Under the pieces are notes generated by a model, which was not told the origin of the DNA, did not search any database, and was given only the letters and a program-made list of their open reading frames with translations. Of a DNA stretch of 64,000 nt, positions 1 through 9,874 are shown piece by piece (the stretch's first letter is position 1; every line of letters starts with the position of its first letter). The position numbers and the translations under genes are program-made. This DNA is from an uncultured Chthonomonadaceae bacterium (GTDB lineage Bacteria > Armatimonadota > Chthonomonadetes > Chthonomonadales > Chthonomonadaceae), in assembly GCA_963817895.1 (NCBI GenBank), contig CAWFQB010000001.1, forward strand, positions 1,184,001 through 1,248,000, in the 5' to 3' direction.

Positions 1-1413
1 CCGGGCTTCCGGCCCGGCAAAGCGCCCCGCGCCATTGTGGAGCGCTACGTCAACAAAGAGAAAGTGCGCCAGCACGCGCTGGAAAAGGTGATCCGCGACA
101 GTTACTTTCAGGCGCTGCAAGAGCAGGACATCACCCCCTATCGCGACCCGAACATCGAACCCACCGATTTGCAGGACAAAAAAGGCTACGTCTACAAGGC
201 CACCGTCCCGCTGGAACCGCAGATCACGCTGGGCGATTATACCGGACTGGCCGTAGACAAGCCCGTTTACAAAGTCACGGACGAAAACGTTGACGAGCGG
301 CTGACCGCCCTGCGCGAAGAGCGCGCCCGCCTGGAGCGCGTTGCCGACCGGGGCGTGGAACCCGGCGACATTCTCATCGCGGAACAGCAGGTAATTGTGG
401 AGGGCGATGAGGGCGAACCCACGCCCATGCGCCGCCAGCTTATTCAGCTTGGCAACAACATTCCCGGCTACGATGACGCCGTGATGGGCATGGCTATCGG
501 CGAGGAGCGAACCTTCGAGCTGCCCTTCCCCGACGACCACGAGGACGAGGACAAGCAGGGCAAGCAGGCCAAATACACGGTCAAACTCAGCAGCATCAGC
601 GCGAAGAAAATGCCGGAACTCAACGACGACTTCGCCATCCTCATCGGCGCGGGCGAAACCGTCGAGGAACTGCGCGAACAGATTCGCAGCCGTTTGCAGG
701 CCGAAGCCGACCAGTATGGCGAACAGATCGCCGAACAGCGCCTGTTCGACCAGATACTCGCGGGTTCCACCATCTATTTCCCCGAAGTGCTGGTGCGCGA
801 GGAAGTGGAAGACAACCTGCGCCAACTGTCGCAAAAACTGCGGCAGAGCAATGTCGGCTACGGGCAGTACCTGCAAAGTCTGGGCGGCATCTCCCCCGAA
901 CAGCATCAGGCGGGATTGGCGCAGCAGGCTTCGCTTCAAATTCAGACTCTGCTCGCCCTGCGCGAAATCAGCATACAGGAAGATTTGCAGGCAACCGATG
1001 AACAGGTAGACGCGGAATTCGACCGACTGCTCAACGAAGGCACGTTGGAAGAGGAGCAGTACGCCGAGTTCAAAGCCGACGGGCGCCGCCGCTTGCAGGT
1101 TGCCAACGCCCTGATTCAGCAGCGCCTGCACGATTTCTTATTCTCGCACAACACCATCAACGAGGTCGAGCAGTCTACCATGCCCGATCCCGAAGAGATG
1201 GAAGACGCCATGGAAGACGCCGAAGCGATTGCCGCCGATGGCCTGACCGACAGCGACGATTCCGGCGTAGGGGCGATAAACGCGGAAGCAGCAGACAACG
1301 GCCTGCAAACGCCCGAACTCGGCAATGACGGTTCCAGCAGCGACAACAGCAGCGAAACGCCCGTTGTCGGCGCGGCGGAAACCACCACCGAAGGCACGGT
1401 CAAGACGGATTAG
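1..1413 (+). CDS. tig: Trigger factor (5' truncated by the window edge), with a long acidic C-terminal tail
   Basis: Bases 1-27 read PGFRPGKAP (ribosome-binding GFRxGxxP motif) in frame with ORF 37..1413; FKBP-like middle region (IPGYDDAVMGM..GEERTF..FP); lies upstream of clpP-clpX. Confidence 0.95.
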   Translation, partial: PGFRPGKAPRAIVERYVNKEKVRQHALEKVIRDSYFQALQEQDITPYRDPNIEPTDLQDKKGYVYKATVPLEPQITLGDYTGLAVDKPVYKVTDENVDERLTALREERARLERVADRGVEPGDILIAEQQVIVEGDEGEPTPMRRQLIQLGNNIPGYDDAVMGMAIGEERTFELPFPDDHEDEDKQGKQAKYTVKLSSISAKKMPELNDDFAILIGAGETVEELREQIRSRLQAEADQYGEQIAEQRLFDQILAGSTIYFPEVLVREEVEDNLRQLSQKLRQSNVGYGQYLQSLGGISPEQHQAGLAQQASLQIQTLLALREISIQEDLQATDEQVDAEFDRLLNEGTLEEEQYAEFKADGRRRLQVANALIQQRLHDFLFSHNTINEVEQSTMPDPEEMEDAMEDAEAIAADGLTDSDDSGVGAINAEAADNGLQTPELGNDGSSSDNSSETPVVGAAETTTEGTVKTD

Positions 1414-1416
1414 GAG

Positions 1417-1524
1417 AGTGGCTGGAGGCTAGTGGCTAGTGGCTAGTTGAAGCGCCACTGGTTACAAGGCTAGTTGCGTAAACGGTAACAGGTGAGGCAT
1501 ACTAGCCACTAGCCTCTAGCCACT
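1417..1524. repeat. Inverted pair of heptamer arrays (GTGGCTA)n ... (TAGCCAC)n
   Basis: 1417-1440 agtggctggaggctagtggctagt is the reverse complement of 1501-1524 at 23 of 24 positions. Confidence 0.9.
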
Positions 1525-1541
1525 TGTAAGGAGTAACAAAC

Positions 1542-2201
1542 ATGGATCGCATTCAACGTCCGCCTTATGCCGGAATCGAGCGCGGAAGCGCGTGGGACTC
1601 TATTCCCCGCGCCGGAGCGCAAAACGTCATTCCGATGGTTGTGGAGCAGTCGGCGCGGGGCGAACGCGCGTATGACATCTATTCGCGCCTGCTCAAAGAG
1701 CGCATCATCTTCATCGGCGAACCCGTCACCGATCATCTTGCCAACCTCGTTATCGCCGAACTGCTGTTTCTGGAAAAAGAGGACCCGGACGCTGACATTG
1801 ACATCTACATCAACAGTCCGGGCGGTAGCGTGTCGGCGGGGCTGGCGATGTACGACGTGATGCAGATGATCAAGTGCGACGTGGCGACCATTTGCGTCGG
1901 GCTTGCCGCTTCGATGGGCGCGGTGCTGCTGGCGGGCGGACATGCGGGCAAGCGCTACGCCCTGCCCAACGCCCGCATCATGATTCACGCCGTTTCGGGC
2001 GGCTACGAGGGAACCGTGCAGGATGCCGAAATCCGCCTGAAAGAGATGGTGCGGATGCACGACAGCCTCAACGAAATCCTCGCCCGCCATACCGGCCAGC
2101 CCTACGACAAAGTGCGCCGCGACATGGATCGCGACTACTTCATGTCCCCGCAGGAAGCCCTGGAATACGGCGTCATAGACAAAATCACCGAAAAAAAGTA
2201 G
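1542..2201 (+). CDS. clpP: ATP-dependent Clp protease proteolytic subunit
   Basis: [30 protein letters not shown] (catalytic Ser), RIMIH, DRDYF; RBS aaggag. Confidence 0.97.
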   Translation: MDRIQRPPYAGIERGSAWDSIPRAGAQNVIPMVVEQSARGERAYDIYSRLLKERIIFIGEPVTDHLANLVIAELLFLEKEDPDADIDIYINSPGGSVSAGLAMYDVMQMIKCDVATICVGLAASMGAVLLAGGHAGKRYALPNARIMIHAVSGGYEGTVQDAEIRLKEMVRMHDSLNEILARHTGQPYDKVRRDMDRDYFMSPQEALEYGVIDKITEKK

Positions 2202-2244
2202 CAACGCCGTAGCGAATGAGTGAGTTTGCGCCGATAATGCAGAA

Positions 2245-2380
2245 GGAGGGTGTTCAGGTATTCAGGTGTTCGGGTGTTCAGGACAATGCAAGAGTGACAC
2301 GTTTGATTGAGCGCAACAAAGACTGCAATTTAGTTCCTGAACACCAAACACCTGAATACCTGAACACCTAAACACCCTCC
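2245..2380. repeat. Inverted pair of octamer arrays (GGTGTTCA)n ... (TGAACACC)n
   Basis: 2245-2283 is complementary to 2335-2380; the same octamer recurs at 55172-55207 and a related heptamer at 36199-36229. Confidence 0.9.
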
Positions 2381-2396
2381 TCGAAGGAGAACGCCT

Positions 2397-3695
2397 GTGC
2401 CCAGGGACTACGACCGCAATGAGGGTCGCATTGAGAGCCGCTGCCTGCTGTGCGGCAAAACGCGCGAACAGGTGAAGCGCTTGATACTGGGCGTACATGG
2501 CGGCGTGTGCCTGGATTGCGTGGATCGGTGCAACCATATCATTCAGCACGAGGGGTATGAGCCTGTGGACAAGCAGCGGCCCATCACCTGGGGCGCGCTT
2601 CCCAAACCCAAAGAGATTTACCGCATTTTGAGCCAGTACGTGGTCGGGCAGGAGCGCGCCAAACGCAACCTTGCCGTCGCGGTCTACAACCACTACAAGC
2701 GCATCAGCCACCCCTCCCCCGATGTGGAACTGCAAAAAAGCAATGTGCTTCTCATCGGGCCGACGGGTTCCGGCAAAACTCTGCTGGCGCAAACGCTGGC
2801 GAAAATTTTGCAGGTTCCGTTCGCCATTGCCGACGCCACCAGCCTGACCGAAGCGGGGTATGTGGGCGAGGACGTGGAAAACATCCTGCTCAAACTTCTG
2901 CAGGCGGCGGAAAGCCAGAACCCGAACGGCGGGCTGGAGCAGACGGTTAAAGCGGCGCAGCGCGGCATCATCTACATTGACGAAATAGATAAAATCACCC
3001 GCAAGTCGGAAAACCCCTCCATTACGCGGGACGTGAGCGGCGAGGGCGTCCAGCAGGCGTTGCTCAAAATGCTGGAAGGCACGGTCGCCAATGTGCCGCC
3101 GCAGGGTGGGCGCAAGCATCCGCAGCAGGAATACGTGCAGCTGGATACGACGAACGTGCTGTTCATTTGCGGCGGCGCGTTCGAGGGACTGGCCGACATC
3201 ATCGAGCGGCGCATCAATACGCGCACGATGGGCATCCGCAGCAACGTCGCCACCAAAGTGGAGCGCGAAGCCCAGAAGGGCAGCATTTTTCAGCACGTCA
3301 TGCCCGACGACCTGCTCAAGTTCGGCCTGATCCCGGAGTTCATCGGACGCCTGCCGGTCGTCGCCACACTCGACAGCCTGGACGAGGAGGCCCTGATCAA
3401 AATTCTGACGGAGCCGAAGAACGCGCTGATCAAGCAGTACCGCAAGTTCTTCGAGTACGACGGCGTGGAATTGGAGTTTACGCAGGGGGCGTTGCAGGCG
3501 ATTTCGCAGGAGGCCATGCAGCGCAGCACGGGCGCGCGCGCCCTGCGCACCATCATCGAAGAGGTGATGCTCAACATCATGTACGAAATACCCTCCGCCA
3601 AAGACATCCGCAAGTGCATCATCGAAGAGGAGACCGTCCGCGAACGCATGGACCCGATCATCATCACCGACAGCCAACTGCGTCAGGCGTCGTAA
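2397..3695 (+). CDS. clpX: ATP-dependent Clp protease ATP-binding subunit
   Basis: C4 zinc-binding domain, [43 protein letters not shown]. Confidence 0.97.
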   Translation: MPRDYDRNEGRIESRCLLCGKTREQVKRLILGVHGGVCLDCVDRCNHIIQHEGYEPVDKQRPITWGALPKPKEIYRILSQYVVGQERAKRNLAVAVYNHYKRISHPSPDVELQKSNVLLIGPTGSGKTLLAQTLAKILQVPFAIADATSLTEAGYVGEDVENILLKLLQAAESQNPNGGLEQTVKAAQRGIIYIDEIDKITRKSENPSITRDVSGEGVQQALLKMLEGTVANVPPQGGRKHPQQEYVQLDTTNVLFICGGAFEGLADIIERRINTRTMGIRSNVATKVEREAQKGSIFQHVMPDDLLKFGLIPEFIGRLPVVATLDSLDEEALIKILTEPKNALIKQYRKFFEYDGVELEFTQGALQAISQEAMQRSTGARALRTIIEEVMLNIMYEIPSAKDIRKCIIEEETVRERMDPIIITDSQLRQAS

Positions 3696-3741
3696 GAAGA
3701 GAAAATCACGGGGAACACGGGAAACACGGGGGAGAAGAGAA

Positions 3742-3779
3742 GCAAAAAAGGGAGGGGCAAATTGCCCCTCCCTTTTTGC
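3742..3779. terminator. Bidirectional intrinsic terminator
   Basis: gcaaaaaagggaggggcaa-a-ttgcccctccctttttgc between convergent genes. Confidence 0.85.
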
Positions 3780-3792
3780 GCGTTGACGTAGT

Positions 3793-4795
3793 TTATTCCG
3801 GGAGAGATTCGGCCTGCTGCCATTGGGCTTTGAGGACGTCGCCGGAATTGCCCTGCGCGAGTTTTTCCTCATGAGCGAAATTTTTCAAATTCAACCGATC
3901 ATACGCCTGAAAACGCAGTACGTGTACCAGTGGGGATACAGATTTGTCCGTGAGCGGCGCGAGGGCTTGCAGCGCGTTGCTGTACAGTTTGAACTTGATG
4001 AGCATGGCCGCAATGGTTAAATCGCCCTCTTCCGCATCCGCGAAATCAACGCCTTTCAGCATGTCCAATCGTCGGATGATCTCCTTTTCTCCCGCCGCAG
4101 ACGCGATCGTAAATTCACCGGCGCGGAAAGTTCTGTTTCCGAGCGCGAAACCGTCCAGTGATAAACGGCTTTGGGTGTCAGCGGAGGCCGTTGGCAGGAT
4201 AGGCAATGTGGTCTTCCTGAACATCCTGCGATTGCCAGACAAGGACATCGTCGCTGTCATAAACCGCAATCTGTACCGGGCCGGGAGTACGCGCCCGCCA
4301 TGTAAAGGTCAAGTTCTGCTGCAAGGTTGTCTTTTTCGGCAGCAGGGCTTCCAATGGCGGCGGCGGGACGCCGCGCACCGCCGCCTGTGTGTTACGGCTC
4401 GCGTCGGCAAGTCCCGCCCGTTGATCGTCGAATACGGCGCGCATCAGGCGCGACTTGACATCGTTGCTCGGACCTGTGGGCGGCGCGACGCGACGCTGCG
4501 CGGGCGGGTCGGCGGGGGTGTAGGTCTGCGTCTGCCCCGTGCTGACAAACCGCGCCATCAGTTTACCGCCAGCCGGAATGGTCAGCATATCCCCGGCGAA
4601 TAATGGGCTGAAACGCTCTAAGGGACGTGGGGCGGCTGCGCCGGATTGCGCCGTCGGTTTACCCTGCATCTGCGCCACATACGCGATGGAAGCGCGGCCC
4701 ACTTCGGACGCCCGCGCCATGCTGCCCGTCGTCAGCGCCAGTACCCACATCAGCAACCCCGCCCATGCGGTTCGTGTTCTTGCTTGCATAGCCAT
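3793..4795 (-). CDS. Secreted hypothetical protein, possibly DUF928-like; one frameshift near 4185
   Basis: ORFs 4178..4795 (signal peptide) and 3793..4269 join into one protein; VRG..LLP...LTFTW and a helical C-terminus resemble DUF928 proteins. Confidence 0.5.
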
Positions 4796-5288
4796 TCCTT
4801 TTTATAACTTAATCCGTCTTCGGGAACAGAGGACAGTACGGCACAATAGAACTCTCGGTTTACAGTATGCGTTTGTACCTGTGTATTCGCGATGCGGAAC
4901 CATTCTCCTGCCTGCCGAATACGGGTTTTCTATCCGCGCGCCGGACTGACGGCAGGAATACACAGGGTTGGAAAGAGCGTTTCCGAGGGCCGTCGCGGGC
5001 CTTACCAGAAGCGTCGCTTTCCGGGTATCAGGTCGAGGGACGGGAATTGCGTCGTGGCTCCCGTATCCCTCTGTCGCTGATGTATTTAGTATAACCCACT
5101 TTCGCCCCTGCGTCCGTGAAGCCCATCACGCTTCGAGTGTAAACCGCGTCACAACAAAACAAAAAGAAGCGGCGTGTTCCGCCGTGAAAAGATTCTTGCG
5201 CGAGGTTCTGGAAATAATACGGAAACAATGCGCCGGTATACTATCCCATAGAGTTGCTTTGCATTGACGCGAAGTTCCTCTGCCTGCA

Positions 5289-5839
5289 TGGACGCTTTTC
5301 CGCGCTGATGCCCCCTTTTGGCGATGACGCCTTTCACCTGTTTCCGGCCCTTGCCGACATTTCACTGGAAGGGTTTTTGCCGCCATGCGCGACACGCCTG
5401 CATCTTCCGCTTCCACTGCTCCCATTATTACCGAAACGCGCCTCGAATCGTTGCTGCGATTGGGCAGGCCACGCCCCGTTTTTTGCAGGGCGTGTATCCG
5501 TTCGCGGGGCGCGGCGTATACGAACTTGCCCCGCTTCATGACGAACTGACATACATTGTTCCCGCCGCGCAGTACGGCGCAAATCGTGTACTTTCGCGCA
5601 GGCAATCTTGCCGACGACCTGATTTATCTCACCGCTTTCCGCCAACGGTTCCCCCGTCCGCTATTTCCCTGTCGGTCCCAAAGCCGATCTGCATGTGCCG
5701 CTTGCCATTGTGGAGAGTTATCCCGTCCGGCACGCGACTGCAAATCTGCTTTGCCGCCCCGCGCGGCCTGACCGGAACCGTGATTGTGGATGTCGGCATT
5801 GTGGAAATGGCTGCCGACGCCGACGCGGAGGGGAACTGA
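5289..5839 (+). CDS. Small conserved protein found upstream of assimilatory nitrate reductases (frameshifted; start uncertain)
   Basis: Joined frames read TPRFLQGVYPFAGRG...LTYIVP..QIVYFRAGN...VRYFPVGPKADLHVPLAIVE...FAAPRGLTGTVIVDVGIVE, matching a family I recognise from nitrate clusters; stop abuts the nitrate reductase start. Confidence 0.6.
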
Positions 5840-5840
5840 C

Positions 5841-7980
5841 ATGCCCTCCACCTCGACCCACTGCCCGTATTGCGCCCTGCAATGCGGCATGAGGCTCGTC
5901 ACGCGCAATGAAGAAACCGTTGTCGCCGCCGACCCCGATTTCCCCACCAACAAGGGCGGATTGTGCCAGAAGGGCTGGACTTCCGCCGAACTGCTGCGGC
6001 ATCCCGACCGGCTGACCACGCCCCTGATGCGCCTGCGCCGCGACCTGCCGCTTGAACCCGTGTCGTGGGAAATTGCGCTTGAGCGTATTGCGAACAGAAG
6101 TTCAGCAGGCGCAGGCGCAGTACGGGCGGGACGCGGTTGGCGTGTTCGGCGGCGGCGGACTGACCAATGAGACCGCGTACCTGCTCGGCAAATTCGCCCG
6201 CGTCGCCCTGCAAACCGCCAATATAGATTACAACGGGCGCTTCTGCATGTCGTCCGCGGCGGCGGCGAACATCAAGGCGTTCGGAATGGACCGGGGGATG
6301 CCGTTTCCGCTCGAAGATATTGCCGACGCCGACGCGATTTTGCTGGTGGGCAGCAACGCGGCGGAAACCATGCCGCCCATCATGCAGTATTTCGAGGCGC
6401 AAAAGCGAAAGGGCGGCGCGTTGATTGTCGTTGACCCCCGCGCCACCCCGACCGCGCTGCAGGCCACTCTGCATCTGCAAATCACGCCCGGAACCGATCT
6501 CGCGCTTGCCAACGGCCTGCTGCATATCGCGGCAGCGGACGGCCTGCTGGATCAGGAGTTTATTGCAGGCGCGAACGGCAGGCTTCGAGGGCGTTCGCCG
6601 CGTGCTCGCGTCCTCGTGGCCGGATCGCATCGAGCGGATTACGGGCGTATCGGCGCGGGACATGACGCAGGCGGTTCATCTGCTTGCCAACGCCGAACGC
6701 GCCCTGATTTTGACGGCGCGGGGCGCGGAACAGCACAGCAAGGGCGTGGATACGGTTCTGGCATGGATCAATCTCGCGCTTGGCTTGGGCAAGGCGGGCA
6801 AAGAGGGCTGTGGCTACGGCTGTTTGACCGGGCAGGGCAACGGGCAGGGCGGGCGCGAACACGGCCAGAAAGCCGACCAACTGCCCGGCTACCGCAAGAT
6901 TGACAACCCCGAACACCGCGCCCATATCGCTCGCGTGTGGGGCATTGACCCGGAAGATTTGCCGGGCGCGGGACGTTCCGCCTACGAAATGCTGGACACG
7001 ATGGGAACGGAGGGCGGCGTTCGCGCCCTGCTCGTCATGGCGTCCAATCCCGTCGTATCCGCGCCCCGCGCCGGACATGTGAAAGAGCGATTGGACGCGC
7101 TGGACTTTCTGGCTGTCAGCGACATTTTTCTGTCGGAAACGGCGGAACGGGCGGACGTGGTTCTTCCCGTCGACGCAATGGGCCGAAGACGAAGGCACGA
7201 TGACCAATCTGGAAGGGCGCGTTCTGCATGCGCCAACAGGCCGATTACGCCCCCGGACGGCGTCCGTTCCGATACGCAGATACTTGCCGCGATTGCCGAA
7301 ACGATTGGGCAAAGGCCGTTTCTTCCCCCCGGAACCCCGCGCGATTTTCGACGAACTGCGCCGCGCCAGTCAGGGCGGCGCGGCGGACTACAGCGGCATC
7401 ACTTACGAGCGCATTGAGCGGAAAACGGCGTGTTCTGGCCCTGTCCCGATACGCACCGATACGAACTCTCCGGCATTCCGCCACGTCCCCGAACGCCGCA
7501 TCCGGGTACGCCGCGCCTGTTCCTGGACCAATTCGCCACCCCCGACGGCCGCGCCCGCTTTCACGCCGTTTCCCACCGCCCCGCAGCCGAAGAACCGGAC
7601 GACGAGTATCCGCTGTATCTCACGACCGGGCGCGTGATGGCGCAGTACCAGTCGGGAACGCAGACCCGGCGCGTAACGTCCCTGCGCGATATGCATGCCC
7701 GAACCCCTTGTGGAATTGCATCCGCTTCTGGCCCGCCGCTTCACAATTGCCGAAGGCGACGCGGTGCAGGTGCAGACCCGGCGCGGCGAAGTGCGAAGCC
7801 CGCGCCCGCCTGACGGCTGCCATTCGGCAGGACACCATTTTCCTGCCGTTTCACTGGGGCGGCAAAGGCAGCGCGAACCTGCTCACCAATCCTGCCCTCG
7901 ACCCGGTTTCCAAAATGCCGGAATTCAAAATATGCGCCGCGCGAATCTCGAGACTGTGCAGGACATTATCGCAGAATGTA
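5841..7980 (+). CDS. Assimilatory nitrate reductase catalytic subunit (molybdopterin oxidoreductase, NasA/NarB type), broken by about 7 indels; end approximate
   Basis: THCPYCALQCG...GGLCQKG 4Fe-4S motif, IDYNGRFCMSSA, GQGNGQGGREHG, LTTGR, NLLTNPALDPVSKMPEFK across successive frames. Confidence 0.88.
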
Positions 7981-8052
7981 ACTACATGCGTGTCTGCCAT
8001 AGAATTCCCGAAGGACATCCGGACGTATTTGATCTCCAAAAAGGAGCCAACT

Positions 8053-9707
8053 ATGCGACCTGCGAGAACTTAAAACCAGTGGACACGCGCCCTCGCTGTT
8101 CGCCGCGTTCGTTCACTTCGACATCTCTTTTATGGTGTGGGTGATTTTGGGCGCACTGATGCCCTACATCGCCAATGACGCCGGATTGACCGGCGCAAAC
8201 CTCAGAATCACGCCCACCGCGCAGGTTCGCGCGTCCGGGCAATATACCATCATCATCAAAGGCCCGCAAACCGTCAAAGACAATCCGAAACTGAAGGCCG
8301 ATCAGCCCCACACGGTGTACAACCTGCTTGTCAAACCCGGCAGTCCCGCGCAGGCCACGCGGGCAAGCGTCCTGCCTGTCGAAAAATACGTGCTGGACAA
8401 CGCGAACCCCGCCACGCTTGCCACTCTCAACGCCCACTCGCAACTGATTCAGGTGGCTATGGACGCGGGCGCGAAGGGCAACCCGAATGAAAACGTCCTC
8501 GCGCTCGAATCCGCTGCCGGACTCGATAAAGCCGGAAAGACGTTTCAAACGGTCGCCAACGGCTATCCCGCTGCTGTCAAACTCGCGCTTGTCGGGCTTC
8601 CGCTTCTGGCGGCAGGCTTCTGGCGGCATGCTGCTCGGCCTTCTGGTAGACCGCTTCAATTCCCGGCGCGTGGGAATCGCGTCGCTCATCGTAACCCTGC
8701 TGCCGCTCGGCATCGGCTGGCAAATGGGCGGAACCTACGCTTCCCTGTTGTGCATCGGCTTCTTCTTAGGCGTAGCGGGCGCGTCGTTTGCCGTGTCCCT
8801 TCCGCTCGCGTCGCGCTGGTATCCGCCGCATTTGCAGGGCGTGGCGATGGGATTGGCGGGCATGGGCAATTCCGGCACGGTAATGGCGACGATTTGCGCC
8901 CCGATGCTGGCAAAAACATTCGGCTGGCACGTCGTTATGGGGCTGCTCGCGATTCCGGTGTTGCTCACGCTTGCCGTGTTCACCCTGCTTGCCAAAGACC
9001 CGCCCGTTACGGGACGGGGTTCCAAACTGAAGGATTATATGGCGGTGCTTGCCACGCCGGATGCGTGGTGGTTCTGCGCGTTGTATTTCGTCACGTTCGG
9101 CGGGTTTGTCGGGCTGTCGAGCTTTTTCAACACGTTCTTCGTGGATCAGTACGACGCGCCCAAAGCTGCCGTCGGGCTGTGGACATGGCCGTTTATTCTG
9201 GCCGGTTCCCTGATCCGTCCCATTGGCGGCGCGCTGGCGGATCGCATCGGCGGCATCCGCATGTTGACCCTGCTATATGCGGTAGTGACGGTTTGCGCGT
9301 TGGGCGTCGGCCTGTTCCTGCATAACTTCCCGATGGCCTGCGCCTTGCTGTTCGTGCTGATGGCGTGTCTGGGTATGGGCAACGGTTCCGTGTTTCAGCT
9401 TGTGCCGCAGCGTTTCAAAAAGGAGATCGGCGTAATGACCGGGCTTGTCGGCGCGGCGGGCGGCGTGGGCGGCTACTATCTCAACTTCGCGCTCGGACAC
9501 CTGCATGACGCGACCGGCACATACGCCAGCGGCTTTTACGCTTTCGCGGCTATCGCTCTGGCGGCGTTTGTCATTCTGCGCGTGGTATCCCCCGGCTGGA
9601 TGCGCTCGTGGCTCGGCAAAGGCGGCGTCGCCCACTCCCCCGAAACCTTGCCCTACGACCACGCCATTGTAACCATCTCCGCGCCCGTTCTGGAACCTGT
9701 CGGCTAA
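8053..9707 (+). CDS. MFS nitrate/nitrite transporter (NarK/NasA family) with two indels and a large loop insertion
   Basis: SGHAPSLFAAFVHFDISFMVW, GVAGASFAV.LPLASRWYPP..QG.AMG, FGGFVG, LGMGNGSVFQLVPQRF; RBS aaggag at 8041. Confidence 0.88.
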
Positions 9708-9874
9708 CATTGGGTTTTCTCTATACGCGCAAGCGCCAAACAGTGAAACCGCCTTGAAAATAATTTTCAGGTCAGGAAGTCAGGAAGGAAAAGAACCCGA
9801 TGAACACGAAAGACAAGCGCATAGACTACGCTGTCAAAATATGTCATCCAAAATTCAAGTGAGCAGGAGAGTTC

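Noticed and set aside
1180..1413. Acidic tail of trigger factor as a novelty
   Set aside because: Low-complexity acidic C-terminal extensions are common in trigger factors
2262..3872. Long antisense ORFs (also 9767..10954, 37811..38983, 42669..44429, 44574..45827)
   Set aside because: Shadow frames of real GC-rich genes on the opposite strand, with no recognisable motifs
9766..9795. SRP RNA-like tcaggtcaggaag...ggaagg
   Set aside because: Lacks the GCAGC partner strand and flanking helix; better read as a short tcaggaag repeat
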